This document shows positions 1 to 19,492 of a stretch of DNA of 64,000 nt, in pieces. The DNA is from Macrostomum lignano. Lineage: Eukaryota. Position 1 is the first letter of the stretch. The number at the start of each line of letters is the position of its first letter. Where the stretch lies: assembly GCA_002269645.1 (NCBI GenBank), contig NIVC01000195.1:248001-312000 (forward strand), read 5' to 3'. Under the pieces are notes generated by a model that made no database searches, was not told where the DNA came from, and worked only from the letters and a program-made list of their open reading frames with translations. Both the position numbers and the translations under genes were made by a program.

Positions 1-94
1 AGGCATATCTGTAACTGCCATAGGCATCTATTTTACCATATTTGCTATAGGATCACATAGCCATAGCTATGGCTATAGTGGAACAAACTATAAA

Positions 95-500
95 TGACCA
101 AATGTTATATACTGTGTATATTAGAATCTCTGATCTAGTTAGCAAATAGCATCTTAAAATTATATAATCAACTTTTTTTTCATTAATTATTTGAATTTTT
201 TCAATTACAAAATATGTATATGAGCTCTTTGTAAGGCTTTGTTCAATTTTCTTTGCCTTTAAATTTTTCATAGTTAATATGCAAGTTCAAATAAAGTATA
301 ATATAGTTTAACTAGAAAGTTTAACAATATGTACAATAAGATATTTGAAATGTAAATTATTAAACTACTTAAAGCTAAACCTAATTATCATTAAAAAAGT
401 GTTAAGAGTCGTAAATCTGCTTTGTTACCAAAGTGGCTATTACTGAAGTGTTTTTTTTTTACTAAAGTGGCTGTTACCAAAGTGGCTATTATTGAAGTAG
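95..500. repeat. Dispersed AT-rich repeat, with related copies at ~40590-40940 (direct) and ~37820-37870 (inverted part)
   Basis: Shared strings such as TATATTAGAATCTCTGATCTAG, TTCAACTAGAAAG and TTGTTACCAAAGTGGCTATTACTGAA. Confidence 0.6.
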
Positions 501-631
501 ATTATATTCTTTAGAACTGGGCTCCAATAAGGCTACAAGTAGAACAAATTTACTAGGCCTAGGCTTACATTTCTAGATAAATTGTTGACACATTTGATGC
601 CATTTGCTTATAGGCTAAGTGTGCATGTGTA

Positions 632-1079
632 CTATAGTCAGGAAGGTGGCACAGTGTGCGCCAGAACTATTTTGATGGCTTTTGAGCACTGTGCGCCGTG
701 CGCCGTGAAGAAAATATTTTGTGCGCCGCAGCGCGCCATGATAAGGTAAGGTAAGGTAATCAATAATTCACTGGTAAACAAATTTGAATTTATGGTAGAC
801 AAATTTGAATTTCATTTATGTATTTTATATTGTGATTTACGTAATTTTAGTACTCTGATAGTATAACATTTTATTTTATGAATTATGGAATTAGGCCTGA
901 TACTATATATTTTGCAAAGTATAACGAAGTGTAACTATATATATTTTCAGCGCCATGTGCCATGTGCACCGCCAGAGCATTTCCAATTTTTCCTTGTATC
1001 CTATGTGCACCGTGTGTGCCAAAAAAGGGCCAATTTGCGCCGGAAAATTCACCAAAAACTGCTACTTTCCTAGCTATGG
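632..1079. mobile_element. Non-autonomous DNA transposon (MITE), 448 bp, CCATAGTCAGGAAGGTGGC-family TIR
   Basis: Left end CTATAGTCAGGAAGGTGGC (632-650); right end GCTACTTTCCTAGCTATGG (1061-1079) is an imperfect inverted copy. Flanks CATGTGTA (624-631) / CATATGTA (1080-1087) give a 7/8 match to an 8-bp TSD. The same TIR bounds the element at 49184-50158. Confidence 0.7.
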
Positions 1080-1707
1080 CATATGTATATGCATATACAT
1101 GCATATGTACCTATTTCCTATAGGTTTTGAAGATGCGGCTGACTTGTCTCTTTCTTGGCTCTGCTTGTGCCCGCATTGCGGGGGGCCAAGTGGGATGGAA
1201 GCAATGGCCCTTGAGCGAGGCTCTGGCTAATGTGCACCAGCACATGTGCACATCTGCCTATAGCTATTCTTGCTAAATTTTCTTAGGTGCATTTATGCCC
1301 AATGCAAAATGAAGACTTTTCTGATAGGGCAGGCCCTATATCATTCTTATCTAACAAATAAATAAACATAAAAAAACTAACAACAAAAAATTAGCCTATT
1401 GCAATATTATAACTTTGATTAGAATATTTATATATTGCTTTTTTATGGTTTTAAAGTGATTTGATAAGTAAACTGATAGTAAATGAATACAAAAATATTT
1501 CTTGCATTTTTAAATAAATAATTTTGCACTTTCATTCAAAATATTGTGGCGCTAAAATGGAGCTAGTTGCGCTAGTGTTTAGTTCGTTGACACTGACTAG
1601 GCTGCTGGGGTCTGGGATATGGGGGAATCTACTTATTAAACAAAAAAGTTTTTTATATTAGAATTACATATACGGCTCTGGTTTGTGATATCATAGATGT
1701 CATATCA

Positions 1708-3448
1708 GGGTCTACGACGTTTGCCTGCGGGACGTTTGCCAGCCGACATTTGCCTGCGGGACATTTGCCAGCCGACATTTGCCAGCCGACGTTTGCTAGC
1801 CGACGTTTGCCAGCGGGACGTTTGCCAGCGGGACGTTTGCCAGCCGAAGTTTGCCTGCCGGACGTTTGCCTGCGGGACGTTTGCCAGCCAACGTTTGCCA
1901 GCCGACGGTTGCCAGCCGACATTTGCCAGCCGACGTTTGCCAGCGGGACGTTTGCCAGCCGAAGTTTGCCTGCCGGACGTTTGCCTGCGGGACGTTTGCC
2001 AGCCGACGTTTGCCAGCCGACGGTTGCCAGCCGACATTTGCCAGCCGACGTTTGCCAGCGGGACATTTGCCAGTCGGACGTTTGCCTGCCGAAAGTTTGC
2101 CAGCCGACGTTTGCCAGCCGACGTTTGCCTGCCGGAAGTTTGCCAGCCAAAATTTGCTAGCCAATATAAAGCCAGTCAGTGAAAAATTTGATACTGAAAC
2201 ATTCGCAGTTTAGCGGTTTGACAAAAACCGTTTTTACTCCAACTTTTTGACGGTTATTCGCATGTATACAAGTTTGAAAGCAAAATATATAAATTATGCA
2301 ATTTATATAGATTTACATCTAATATCCAGTTTAACAACAATTTTCTTTGAATGTGAAAATATTGTTTACTTTTGACAATTGTGTATCGTTTTTCCCAGTT
2401 TGAGATGTTTGATTTTTGATGTGCGAAAGAAGACGCGCAGATTACAATGGGAATCTCCAGCGATTAAGTTATGAGGCAAACAAAAAGAGCTGCTGAGCGA
2501 TAATTCTGGCTCATATATTTCTCAGTTCATTGGGAGATCCAAAAGTAAGCAAATTGATTCCAATTCTGTTGTATTACTACTCAAGTAAGCCAGGAAACCG
2601 CGATCTCAACGTACATGTGTAGACGAGTCGAATGCGGTAAGTTTGTATAGTAAGCTATATAGCTGAATAGCCAGACAAGCCGCCAGTAGCAAGCTAGTAG
2701 GATAGCAAGCGCTAGACACTACGTATGCAAAGCTTAGTCACGCCAAGGACTACTAAAGTAGAAGTACGCAGCACTCAAAATATATGAAAAATGTTTTGAA
2801 GGCCATAGGGAGATAGGAAGTTTTCATCTTTTCAGCACAACAATTGTTATTGCTTTCATACGAGGCAAACCCAGTGTTTATCTTTTGATATGTTGTGCCA
2901 AAATCGTTGTTAAACTAGATTTATATATAGTTAGATTTAGATTTTCTTAGATTTAGATTTTCTAGATTTATACTATATTTATATATTTTGCTTTCAAACT
3001 TGTATACATGCGAATAACCATCAAAAAGTTGGAGCAAAAACGGTTTTTGTCAAACCGCTAAACTGCGAATATTTCAGTATCAAATTTTTCACTGACTGGC
3101 TTTATATTGGCTAGCAAATTTTGGCTGGCAAACTTCCGGCAGGCAAACGTCGGCTGGCAAACGTCGGCTGGCAAACGTCCGGCAGGCAAACGTCCGGCAG
3201 GCAAACTTCGGCTGGCAAACGTCCCGCTGGCAAACGTCGGCTGGCAAACGACGGCTGGCAAATGTCGGCTGGCAAACGTCCCGCAGGCAAACGTCCGGCT
3301 GGCAAACGTCCGGCAGGCAAACGTCGGCTGGCAAACGTCCCACTGGCAAACGTCGGCTGGCAAACGTCGGCTGGCAAATGTCGGCTGGCAAACGTCCGGC
3401 AGGCAAACGTCGGCTGGCAAACGTCCCGCAGGCAAACGTCGCTATCCC
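1708..3448. mobile_element. Foldback-type non-autonomous DNA transposon with long modular TIRs
   Basis: Perfect 9-bp TSD GTCATATCA at 1699-1707 and 3449-3457; element starts GGG and ends CCC. TIRs at ~1708-2294 and ~2977-3448 each consist of an outer array of 14-15-bp GACGTTTGCCAGCC units plus ~140 bp of unique inverted sequence. The ~680-bp spacer has no transposase ORF. Confidence 0.85.
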
Positions 3449-4550
3449 GTCATATCATGGTCATGGATGAAATGGAGCTCATGGATGATGGCTGGCTGAC
3501 GTTCATAGAAAAGACGACAACATCAGCGAAAGCTATTTCGGCGAAAGGAGAGCAGTAAAACTGTATGTTACCTTCCGCGAAACGCGCAAAATCATATAGC
3601 AAATGATATCTTAACCTAATTTTTTAAGGGTAATTAATTTTAATTAGTGTATGAACGTTTCTAATAGCTAGTAGAAATGAAGAATAGTTATAATGATTTA
3701 AAAATTAAGAAGCCGGAAGTTGTTTTGTGGAACTTCGTGTCTGTGCATGGAACTTGAAGTCTTACGTCTTACATTCTTTTTAACCATTTAGTTGTTATAG
3801 TAGCGTAGACAGCATAGTTTGCCACTTGTATATAATTTAAAGTTAAACGTTACGTTTAAACACCAAAAATCCCGCAAACGAAATTTAAATGTTTGGGTAA
3901 TTGCAGCATTCACTCGCTAACATTATACTTGCACATTCGAATATTACACTTACACAGTAGACATGCAATTATAAAGATTAATCTGTTACAACTTAACATC
4001 ACTGAAATCATTCTTGCCCATCTCAGCTTAGCCCAGCTAATCAAATAAAATGTGTAGGTGTAATTCAAAAGCTTTTATTATGCTACAAAATCGATCAATG
4101 TATGTATATTATACAGTTTGGCGGAAGGAATAGAGACAAGGACCACTATCCGGAAGTTACCGCTATCCTTGAGTCAAACAACAGCTCACAGTAGCCAGAG
4201 TCAAACCAACGCAGCTCAAGAGTCCCCACGCTGCCAGAGCGCACCCAGCGCCAGGCCATGAGGGTGCGGCAGTTGAAGGTTCCAGGCTCCATTTAACGAA
4301 GCCAAGCGCGGGATCAAACAGTGCACACAAATATCCCCGTTTGAATTCTGGAAAAAAGCAGCCTGTTTCGCACCCTGTTATACGCACCTTGCCTTTATAC
4401 TACGCACCTTGCCTTCATATGGACCCTGCCTTTATACGGACCCTGCCTTTATACGCACTCTGGTTGCTAAATGCCAAATAAAAGTCAGCAGCAAGGGCGC
4501 CCTGGCTGCAAGTGTGAAGCAGCCCCACCTGCCCGCCTCCCGCCGCCGCC

Positions 4551-5147
4551 ATGAGCTTCAGAAATTTTTTCATCTTTTGCCTGATCCTGGCTGACCTCTG
4601 CCTCAGCGTGGTCGAGATCATCATGGGGTCCATGTACCTGTACGACTGTCCGGCCCAGCCGAAGGTGCCCGTCTACCTGGTGGTGGCCGGCTGCACTGGC
4701 ATCGTCCTGACCGTGAGCAACCTGCCAGCCTGCTAACGAACCGGAGCCGGCGGGAAGAACGAAGTCACCTGCTGCGGATGCCTGCTGCTGCTGCTGGACC
4801 TGTTCGTCGTCATCTGGTTCATCTGCGGCTGCGTCTGGGTCTTCGGCACCGACCCGGTGTTCACCCTGCCGGAGTCGCCCTCGGTGCCGCCCGTTGGCAA
4901 CGCAACCGCCATCCCCGCCAGCGCAGGCAGCTACTGCTACAAGCCCATGTTCTTGTTCGCCAGGTTCACCCTGCTCATGCGCATCGCCCTGCTGGTGCTC
5001 AACTTCTCCATCGCCTTCTGCACCTGCTGTGCCGGCTGCAGCGTCCTCATCACCGCCTGCTGCTGCTACCTCTGCAAGAAGCAGAAACAACGAAAAGAAG
5101 AAGAGAAGCCGAAGGCGGAGGCCGAGCTGGCCTCCTTGGAATGCTGA
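4551..5147 (+). pseudogene. TMEM272-like multi-pass membrane protein with one in-frame TAA at 4734-4736
   Basis: ATG 4551; TM1, YLYDCPAQPKVPVYLVVAG, then TAA. The same frame continues with LLDLFVVIWFICGCVWVFG, YCYKPMFLFA and a Cys-rich tail to TGA 5147. GC3-rich codons on both sides of the stop. The C-P-x-Q-P-x-x-P-x-Y-L-x-V-x-G and W-F-I-x-G-x-x-W-V-F motifs recall TMEM272. Confidence 0.65.
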
Positions 5148-5736
5148 CCATGAACAGCTGAAGTAAAAGGACGCTCTGTACTACCAGTACTAACTACAAG
5201 TAATAGAGGTTGAAGCTATTTATAAATAACTCTTATTCGTTCATAAATGCAGCTAGATAGATTTAGTAATCATAACCCAGCTCTAAACACAACTGCATGT
5301 ACATTACATGTAGTAGAGAGTTTTCAAAATTTTGTAAAAAAACTGCCCTCGCTGTTTCTTATCTTTTTAGCGGCCAGAAATAAACATGCAGTGTGCCGCA
5401 GCTTCTCAAGTCGCTTCAAGCTAAACGTTTGTTCAGCTTTTGTTTTAATCAACATATACATGTACGAGTACTTGATCGGTTTCTTTTTTAATTAACTTAT
5501 TTCTGATGCTTAAAATCATCCGCATGTGGCCACACGCAGCAAGATTTTGGTTTGCCTGCGCTTTCTCTATACAGAGAAAATACCTGCAGCAGAGTACAGC
5601 CCCCAACCCTATCTCTGGCAGGGGGGCTCACCGCTTCTCTATTTTTAGCTTCGGGACGGGTTGAGTTCAATCAGGGAGGAAGGCAGAGAAACTGAGTCGG
5701 CGTGTCGCCACACGCGGCGCCCGCGCAGCAAAAGTC

Positions 5737-5743
5737 TATATAA
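5737..5743 (+). promoter_or_regulatory. TATA box upstream of the vWA gene
   Basis: TATATAA follows a GC-rich stretch, ~120 bp upstream of the vWA coding region; AATAAA at 7374-7379 lies after the stop. Confidence 0.45.
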
Positions 5744-5831
5744 GCGAGTCTCTGGACTCCGGCCAGCTGCTCAGACACAGAGCAAAACCTTGCCAAGCTT
5801 CTGACTCTGAACCGAACGCTTTCTAAATAAA

Positions 5832-7253
5832 GACACGGCACTCCCTGGAGCTCAGCCGCTGGACTTGGCCTTCTCTTTCGACACGACCGGCTCAATGGGC
5901 TCCGTCATCAACGAGGTGCGCAGCAACATCGCCGAGATGCTGCAGCGGCTCGCCACCGACATCCCGGACCTGAGCGTGGCCCTCATCGCTCACGGAGACT
6001 ACGGGGACAGGTACGAGACGGAGATCCGCGACTTCGGCACCTCCTCAGCGGACCTGGTGCGGTTCGCCAAGACTGTGCAGGGCACGTACGGCGGGGACGA
6101 GCCCGAGTGCTACGAGCTGGTGCTGCAGCAGGCCCGCACCCGCCTCAGCTGGCGCCCGCACAGCAGCCGCGCTCTGGTGCTGGTCGGCGACGCCTTCCCG
6201 CACGAGGTGGGCAGCGCCAGGAACAAGTACAAGATCGACTGGAAGGCGGAGACCGAGTTGCTGCACCAGCTGGGAGTCACCGTGTACTGCGTGCAGTGCG
6301 GCAGCAGCAAGAACTCGAAGAGCTTCATGGACCACGTCGCCGAGGTGACCGGCGGCCTGCGGCTCCCCCTGGCCGAGTTCCGGGGCGTTCGCGACTTCCT
6401 CATGGCCATCGCCTACCGGGAGGGCGGCAACGACGTCCTTCGCGACGGCTACGAGCGCGAGGTGCGCGCCAGGGACGGCGCCGCGCTAGCCGGCGACGTG
6501 AGCGCCATGCTGGGCCTCGTGCGCCGATCGTCGGTGGCCACCCTGGCGGCCAGCAGCGTCGCCGCCGACCCGTCCGGGGCAGCCACTGGGACAAAGACTG
6601 CGGCGAGGCGAACAAAGACTGCCAAAGCGGTGACCGCCGGAATTTCAGGAAAGGCGAAGAAGCCCGTCACAAAGCCCGTCACGAAGCCCGTCACGAAGCC
6701 CGTCATGGCAGCTGCGAGAATTTCGCGGGCGCGGGCTGCCAGGGCGGTCCGAACTCGCCGGGAGACCTGCTCCGACAGGCACCTGCCCGCTGGGCTGGCC
6801 GCTCTCACCTGGTCTCCCTGGCGCTTGGTCGGTCAGCCCGGAAGCGTGTCCCGGTTGTCATGGCAACGCTTTGGAAGCGGCTCGGTGCGCAAGACGCTGT
6901 TCAGCCGCGGCGGCGGTGGCGGCCAGCAAGTCGTGGAGCTCGCCGTGCAGCCGCGGCCCGGCGCCCGGCGCTTCCCGCTGTTCGGCCGCGTCCTCTCGGC
7001 CGACAGCAGCCGACGCCGCGGCCTGCCGGTGGTCAGCGTGAAGAGCCTCCTGGCTGGCCGGCCGGCTGTCCGGGCCCAACTGGAGCGGGTGCTGCGCCAG
7101 GGCATGCGGGTGTTCGCCAGGGTGGCTGGCGCTGCTCCCGCGAGCCCGCGGCCCCGGCTGGCCAAGGCGGCGAGCTACGCGTGGAACAGCGGCCGCTCGG
7201 CGAGGTGCGGCGGCGTCTTCGTGTCCGTGTCGGAGAGGAGCCTGCGGGGCTGA
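5832..7253 (+). CDS. Intronless vWA-domain protein with Lys/Ala/Arg-rich linker and C-terminal ET/GIY-YIG-like domain; start codon unresolved
   Basis: Frame open from 5811 to TGA 7253. vWA motifs DLAFSFDTTGSM, HGDY, GGDEPECYE and LVLVGDAFPH; KPVT x4 linker; C-terminal WSPWRLVG / VVELAV / LERVLRQGMRVFARVA / SYAWN. The first in-frame ATG (5895) lies inside the DTTGSM motif. Confidence 0.75.
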   Translation, partial: DTALPGAQPLDLAFSFDTTGSMGSVINEVRSNIAEMLQRLATDIPDLSVALIAHGDYGDRYETEIRDFGTSSADLVRFAKTVQGTYGGDEPECYELVLQQARTRLSWRPHSSRALVLVGDAFPHEVGSARNKYKIDWKAETELLHQLGVTVYCVQCGSSKNSKSFMDHVAEVTGGLRLPLAEFRGVRDFLMAIAYREGGNDVLRDGYEREVRARDGAALAGDVSAMLGLVRRSSVATLAASSVAADPSGAATGTKTAARRTKTAKAVTAGISGKAKKPVTKPVTKPVTKPVMAAARISRARAARAVRTRRETCSDRHLPAGLAALTWSPWRLVGQPGSVSRLSWQRFGSGSVRKTLFSRGGGGGQQVVELAVQPRPGARRFPLFGRVLSADSSRRRGLPVVSVKSLLAGRPAVRAQLERVLRQGMRVFARVAGAAPASPRPRLAKAASYAWNSGRSARCGGVFVSVSERSLRG

Positions 7254-8194
7254 GCGCGCGAGCGACTCCTGCCGCTTCGTGATAGTCGTGGACTTTTTTT
7301 ATGGCTTTGAGTTGATATTTCGACATATTTGTATATCGATCGCATGCAATCGTAAGCATTCCTGATAAAAATGAATAAATATTTCAGATTTTGTAATATA
7401 GATTAAAAGGAATGACAGTTGCAAAACTTATTTTGCTTGAAGGCCAATATTCGTTGCTTCCGTCGCTATGGCGTCTCCCTGCCGTCACCGTCCCCCATTG
7501 CTTTGAGTCGGAGTACGTCATGGCATGTGGCACCAAAATTCGATGCTCATTAGCCCAAGCATAGAACCTTTAGGCCCGACTCAACAGCCATGGATGGAAA
7601 GATGCGGGCTCCAGCTGCGTGCTGGCTCTGTGCCCCGCCTCCAAGACTCAGCCAGCGGGGGGGGGCAGATAGCTATTTATTCAAAGGAACGGACTTTATC
7701 AAAGCATATGAAAGCCGCCGAATTAACCTTGAACGGCGTGCGACTTTGTTGTTCGATTGGACTCGCAAACCGCTGTGAAGTTTTAAAACAACTCCGCTTT
7801 GAAAGTCGCTTTGACCAATTTAAATTTTCTCTGTTCGATATTATCAGCCACACACAGTGCATGCTACTCAGTAGCAAACATGGGAGAAGTCAAATAAAGA
7901 AGCTTAGCACATCAAAACGGTTAAAAACTGTTGAGCCTTTGTAACAACAAAAGCCAAGCGTGATGAGCCAACCGCGGCGCATGCAGAGTTGCGGGTGCTG
8001 CTCCGCCATTTGCCAAGTGGCCCTGCAGCGAATCAAGTGCAGATCGGCCAGTGCAGTGGCTGGCTGGCGATGATCTACTGGAGACTGAACCGACTGCTAT
8101 TGCAAATAACTGCTTTTGCTTGGCTTCCAGATAAGCAGTAAATTCTGCGCTTTTGCAACCGTTTTAACAAGGTAAGGTCCCTTGTGAAACGTCT

Positions 8195-9480
8195 GCTTCA
8201 GGACACAGTCCCGACAGTGTTAGATGAGTCCACACCGCTCAGCTTCAGGACACAGTCCCGACAGTGTTAGATGAGTCCGCACCGCTCAGCTTCAGGACAC
8301 AGTCCCGACAGTGTTAGATGAGTCCGCACTGCTCAGCTTCAGGACACAGTCCCGACAGTGTTAGATGAGTCCGCACCGCTCAGCTTCAGGACACAGTCCC
8401 GACAGTGTTAGATGAGTCCGCACCGCTCAGCTTCAGGACACAGTCCCGACAGTGTTAGATGAGTCCGCACCGCTCAGCTTCAGGACACAGTCCCGACAGT
8501 GTTAGATGAGTCCGCACCGCTCAGCTTCAGGACACAGTCCCGACAGTGTTAGATGAGTCCGCACCGCTCAGCTTCAGGACACAGTCCCGACAGTGTTAGA
8601 TGAGTCCGCACCGCTCAGCTTCAGGACACAGTCCCGACAGTGTTAGATGAGTCCGCACCGCTCAGCTTCAGGACACAGTCCCGACAGTGTTAGATGAGTC
8701 CGCACCGCTCAGCTTCAGGACACAGTCCCGACAGTGTTAGATGAGTCCGCACCGCTCAGCTTCAGGACACAGTCCCGACAGTGTTAGATGAGTCCGCACT
8801 GCTCAGCTTCAGGACACAGTCCCGACAGTGTTAGATGAGTCCGCACCGCTCAGCTTCAGGACACAGTCCCGACAGTGTTAGATGAGTCCGCACCGCTCAG
8901 CTTCAGGACACAGTCCCGACAGTGTTAGATGAGTCCGCACCGCTCAGCTTCAGGACACAGTCCCGACAGTGTTAGATGAGTCCGCACCGCTCAGCTTCAG
9001 GACACAGTCCCGACAGTGTTAGATGAGTCCGCACCGCTCAGCTTCAGGACACAGTCCCGACAGTGTTAGATGAGTCCGCACCGCTCAGCTTCAGGACACA
9101 GTCCCGACAGTGTTAGATGAGTCCGCACCGCTCAGCTTCAGGACACAGTCCCGACAGTGTTAGATGAGTCCGCACCGCTCAGCTTCAGGACACAGTCCCG
9201 ACAGTGTTAGATGAGTCCGCACCGCTCAGCTTCAGGACACAGTCCCGACAGTGTTAGATGAGTCCGCACCGCTCAGCTTCAGGACACAGTCCCGACAGTG
9301 TTAGATGAGTCCGCACCGCTCAGCTTCAGGACACAGTCCCGACAGTGTTAGATGAGTCCGCACCGCTCAGCTTCAGGACACAGTCCCGACAGTGTTAGAT
9401 GAGTCCGCACCGCTCAGCTTCAGGACACAGTCCCGACAGTGTTAGATGAGTCTGCACCGCTCAGCTTCAGGACACAGTCC
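8195..9480. repeat. 47-bp minisatellite, ~27 nearly identical copies
   Basis: Unit CTTCAGGACACAGTCCCGACAGTGTTAGATGAGTCCGCACCGCTCAG with period 47 (8196, 8243 ... 9465); no spacers; starts ~25 bp after a GTAAGG donor-like site at ~8172. Confidence 0.95.
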
Positions 9481-9885
9481 AGACGGGTGCATACATTTTT
9501 AGCCCATTTATTGCTAGCAGACAATGTCACTGCAGTACTGCGAATAAAGTCAATGGCGTTTGCAGAGGCTCAGAAGATCTGCATTTACTCATAAAATTGA
9601 CAACTCATCTCGCCACAGACCGGCAGTGCCAAAAAGCATTAAGTGTCAGCTCGGGTGCAGCGCTCAGGTCAGCCTGCTGGTCTCGATTCGATATGGATTC
9701 GGGCCAGACCGCCCCGACAGGCAGCCCACCAGATAATTGGGGGCCTTTTAGTGCTCTTGCTCGCCGAATCGCTGGATCCCATGTTGGGAATTCTGCGAGC
9801 TGCTCAAACAGCGGTGAAGGATAGATAAACGAGGCACTGCTTCCAAAGCAAACTGACTCGTGTTAGCCTCAATGAGTATAATCGC

Positions 9886-10167
9886 AAACCTCAGTGACCC
9901 ACCACAGCCTGCAGTAATCCCAAACCTCAGTGACCCACCACAGCCTGCAGTAATCCCAAACCTCAGTGACCCACCACAGCCTGCAGTAATCCCAAACCTC
10001 AGTGACCCACCACAGCCTGCAGTAATCCCAAACCTTAGTGACCCACCACAGCCTGCAGTAATCCCAAACCTCAGTGACCCACCACAGCCTGCAGTAATCC
10101 CAAACCTCAGTGACCCACCACAGCCTGCAGTAATCCCAAACCTTAGTGACCCACCACAGCCTGCAGG
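9886..10167. repeat. 36-bp minisatellite, ~8 copies
   Basis: Unit CAAACCTCAGTGACCCACCACAGCCTGCAGTAATCC. Confidence 0.9.
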
Positions 10168-10855
10168 AACCCCAGGCCTCATGCAGTGACGTACCCATCA
10201 GTCGCTGTCCCCAGGTCAGGTATAAATACGTGCTTCAAATGAATCGAAGCAAATTTTATGCAGATGTTTCTTACTGCCCACTTTACCAATGGAAAATGAC
10301 TGGCAATATCCACAAGCCAGATGGAGCTCATCAGCTCATTAAGCAGAAAGCTGAGCCCACCTGCAGCAACAGCAGGGCATCACAGCCTGACAGTCGGGCT
10401 GGACTCTGGACTGCGCGCAGGAAAACGGGCAATGACTCAGCCAAGGCTGAGAGATCAGCAGCAGCAGCAGCAGCATCAGCAGCGGCAGCAGTTGGCAGTT
10501 GGGGTGGCAGCTGCCCCCCCTTTTATCTCTGCAGGACTGGCTGGCCCGCAGCGGTCCAGGAGCCCCCCCCCCAGCTGCACGTCTGAGTTACCTGGCCCGC
10601 TCTGAGCAGCCTGCTGGCCATCAATAATTGATTGCGCTGAGCTGCTGCTGCTGCAGCGGTAGATGCAGCGGCAGGCCGGGGGGGTCAGGCAATTGAGATC
10701 CTCAGCTGTTGAGCCGCTTCCAGCCCTCAGATTGAAATCCCCAGCTGCTCACAGCTCGCAGATTGAAATCCCCAGCTGCCCACAGCTCGCAGATTGAAAT
10801 CCCCAGCTGCTCACAGCCCACAGATTGAAATAATCAACTACCCGGCCGATCCCAG

Positions 10856-19492
<8,637 letters not shown>

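Noticed and set aside
1653-3558. Many ORFs with CQPTFASRR / ANVGWQTS repeats
   Set aside because: They are translations of the TIR tandem arrays of the foldback element.
8195-9480. CRISPR-like regular repeat
   Set aside because: The units are contiguous with no unique spacers, there are no cas genes, and the context is eukaryotic.
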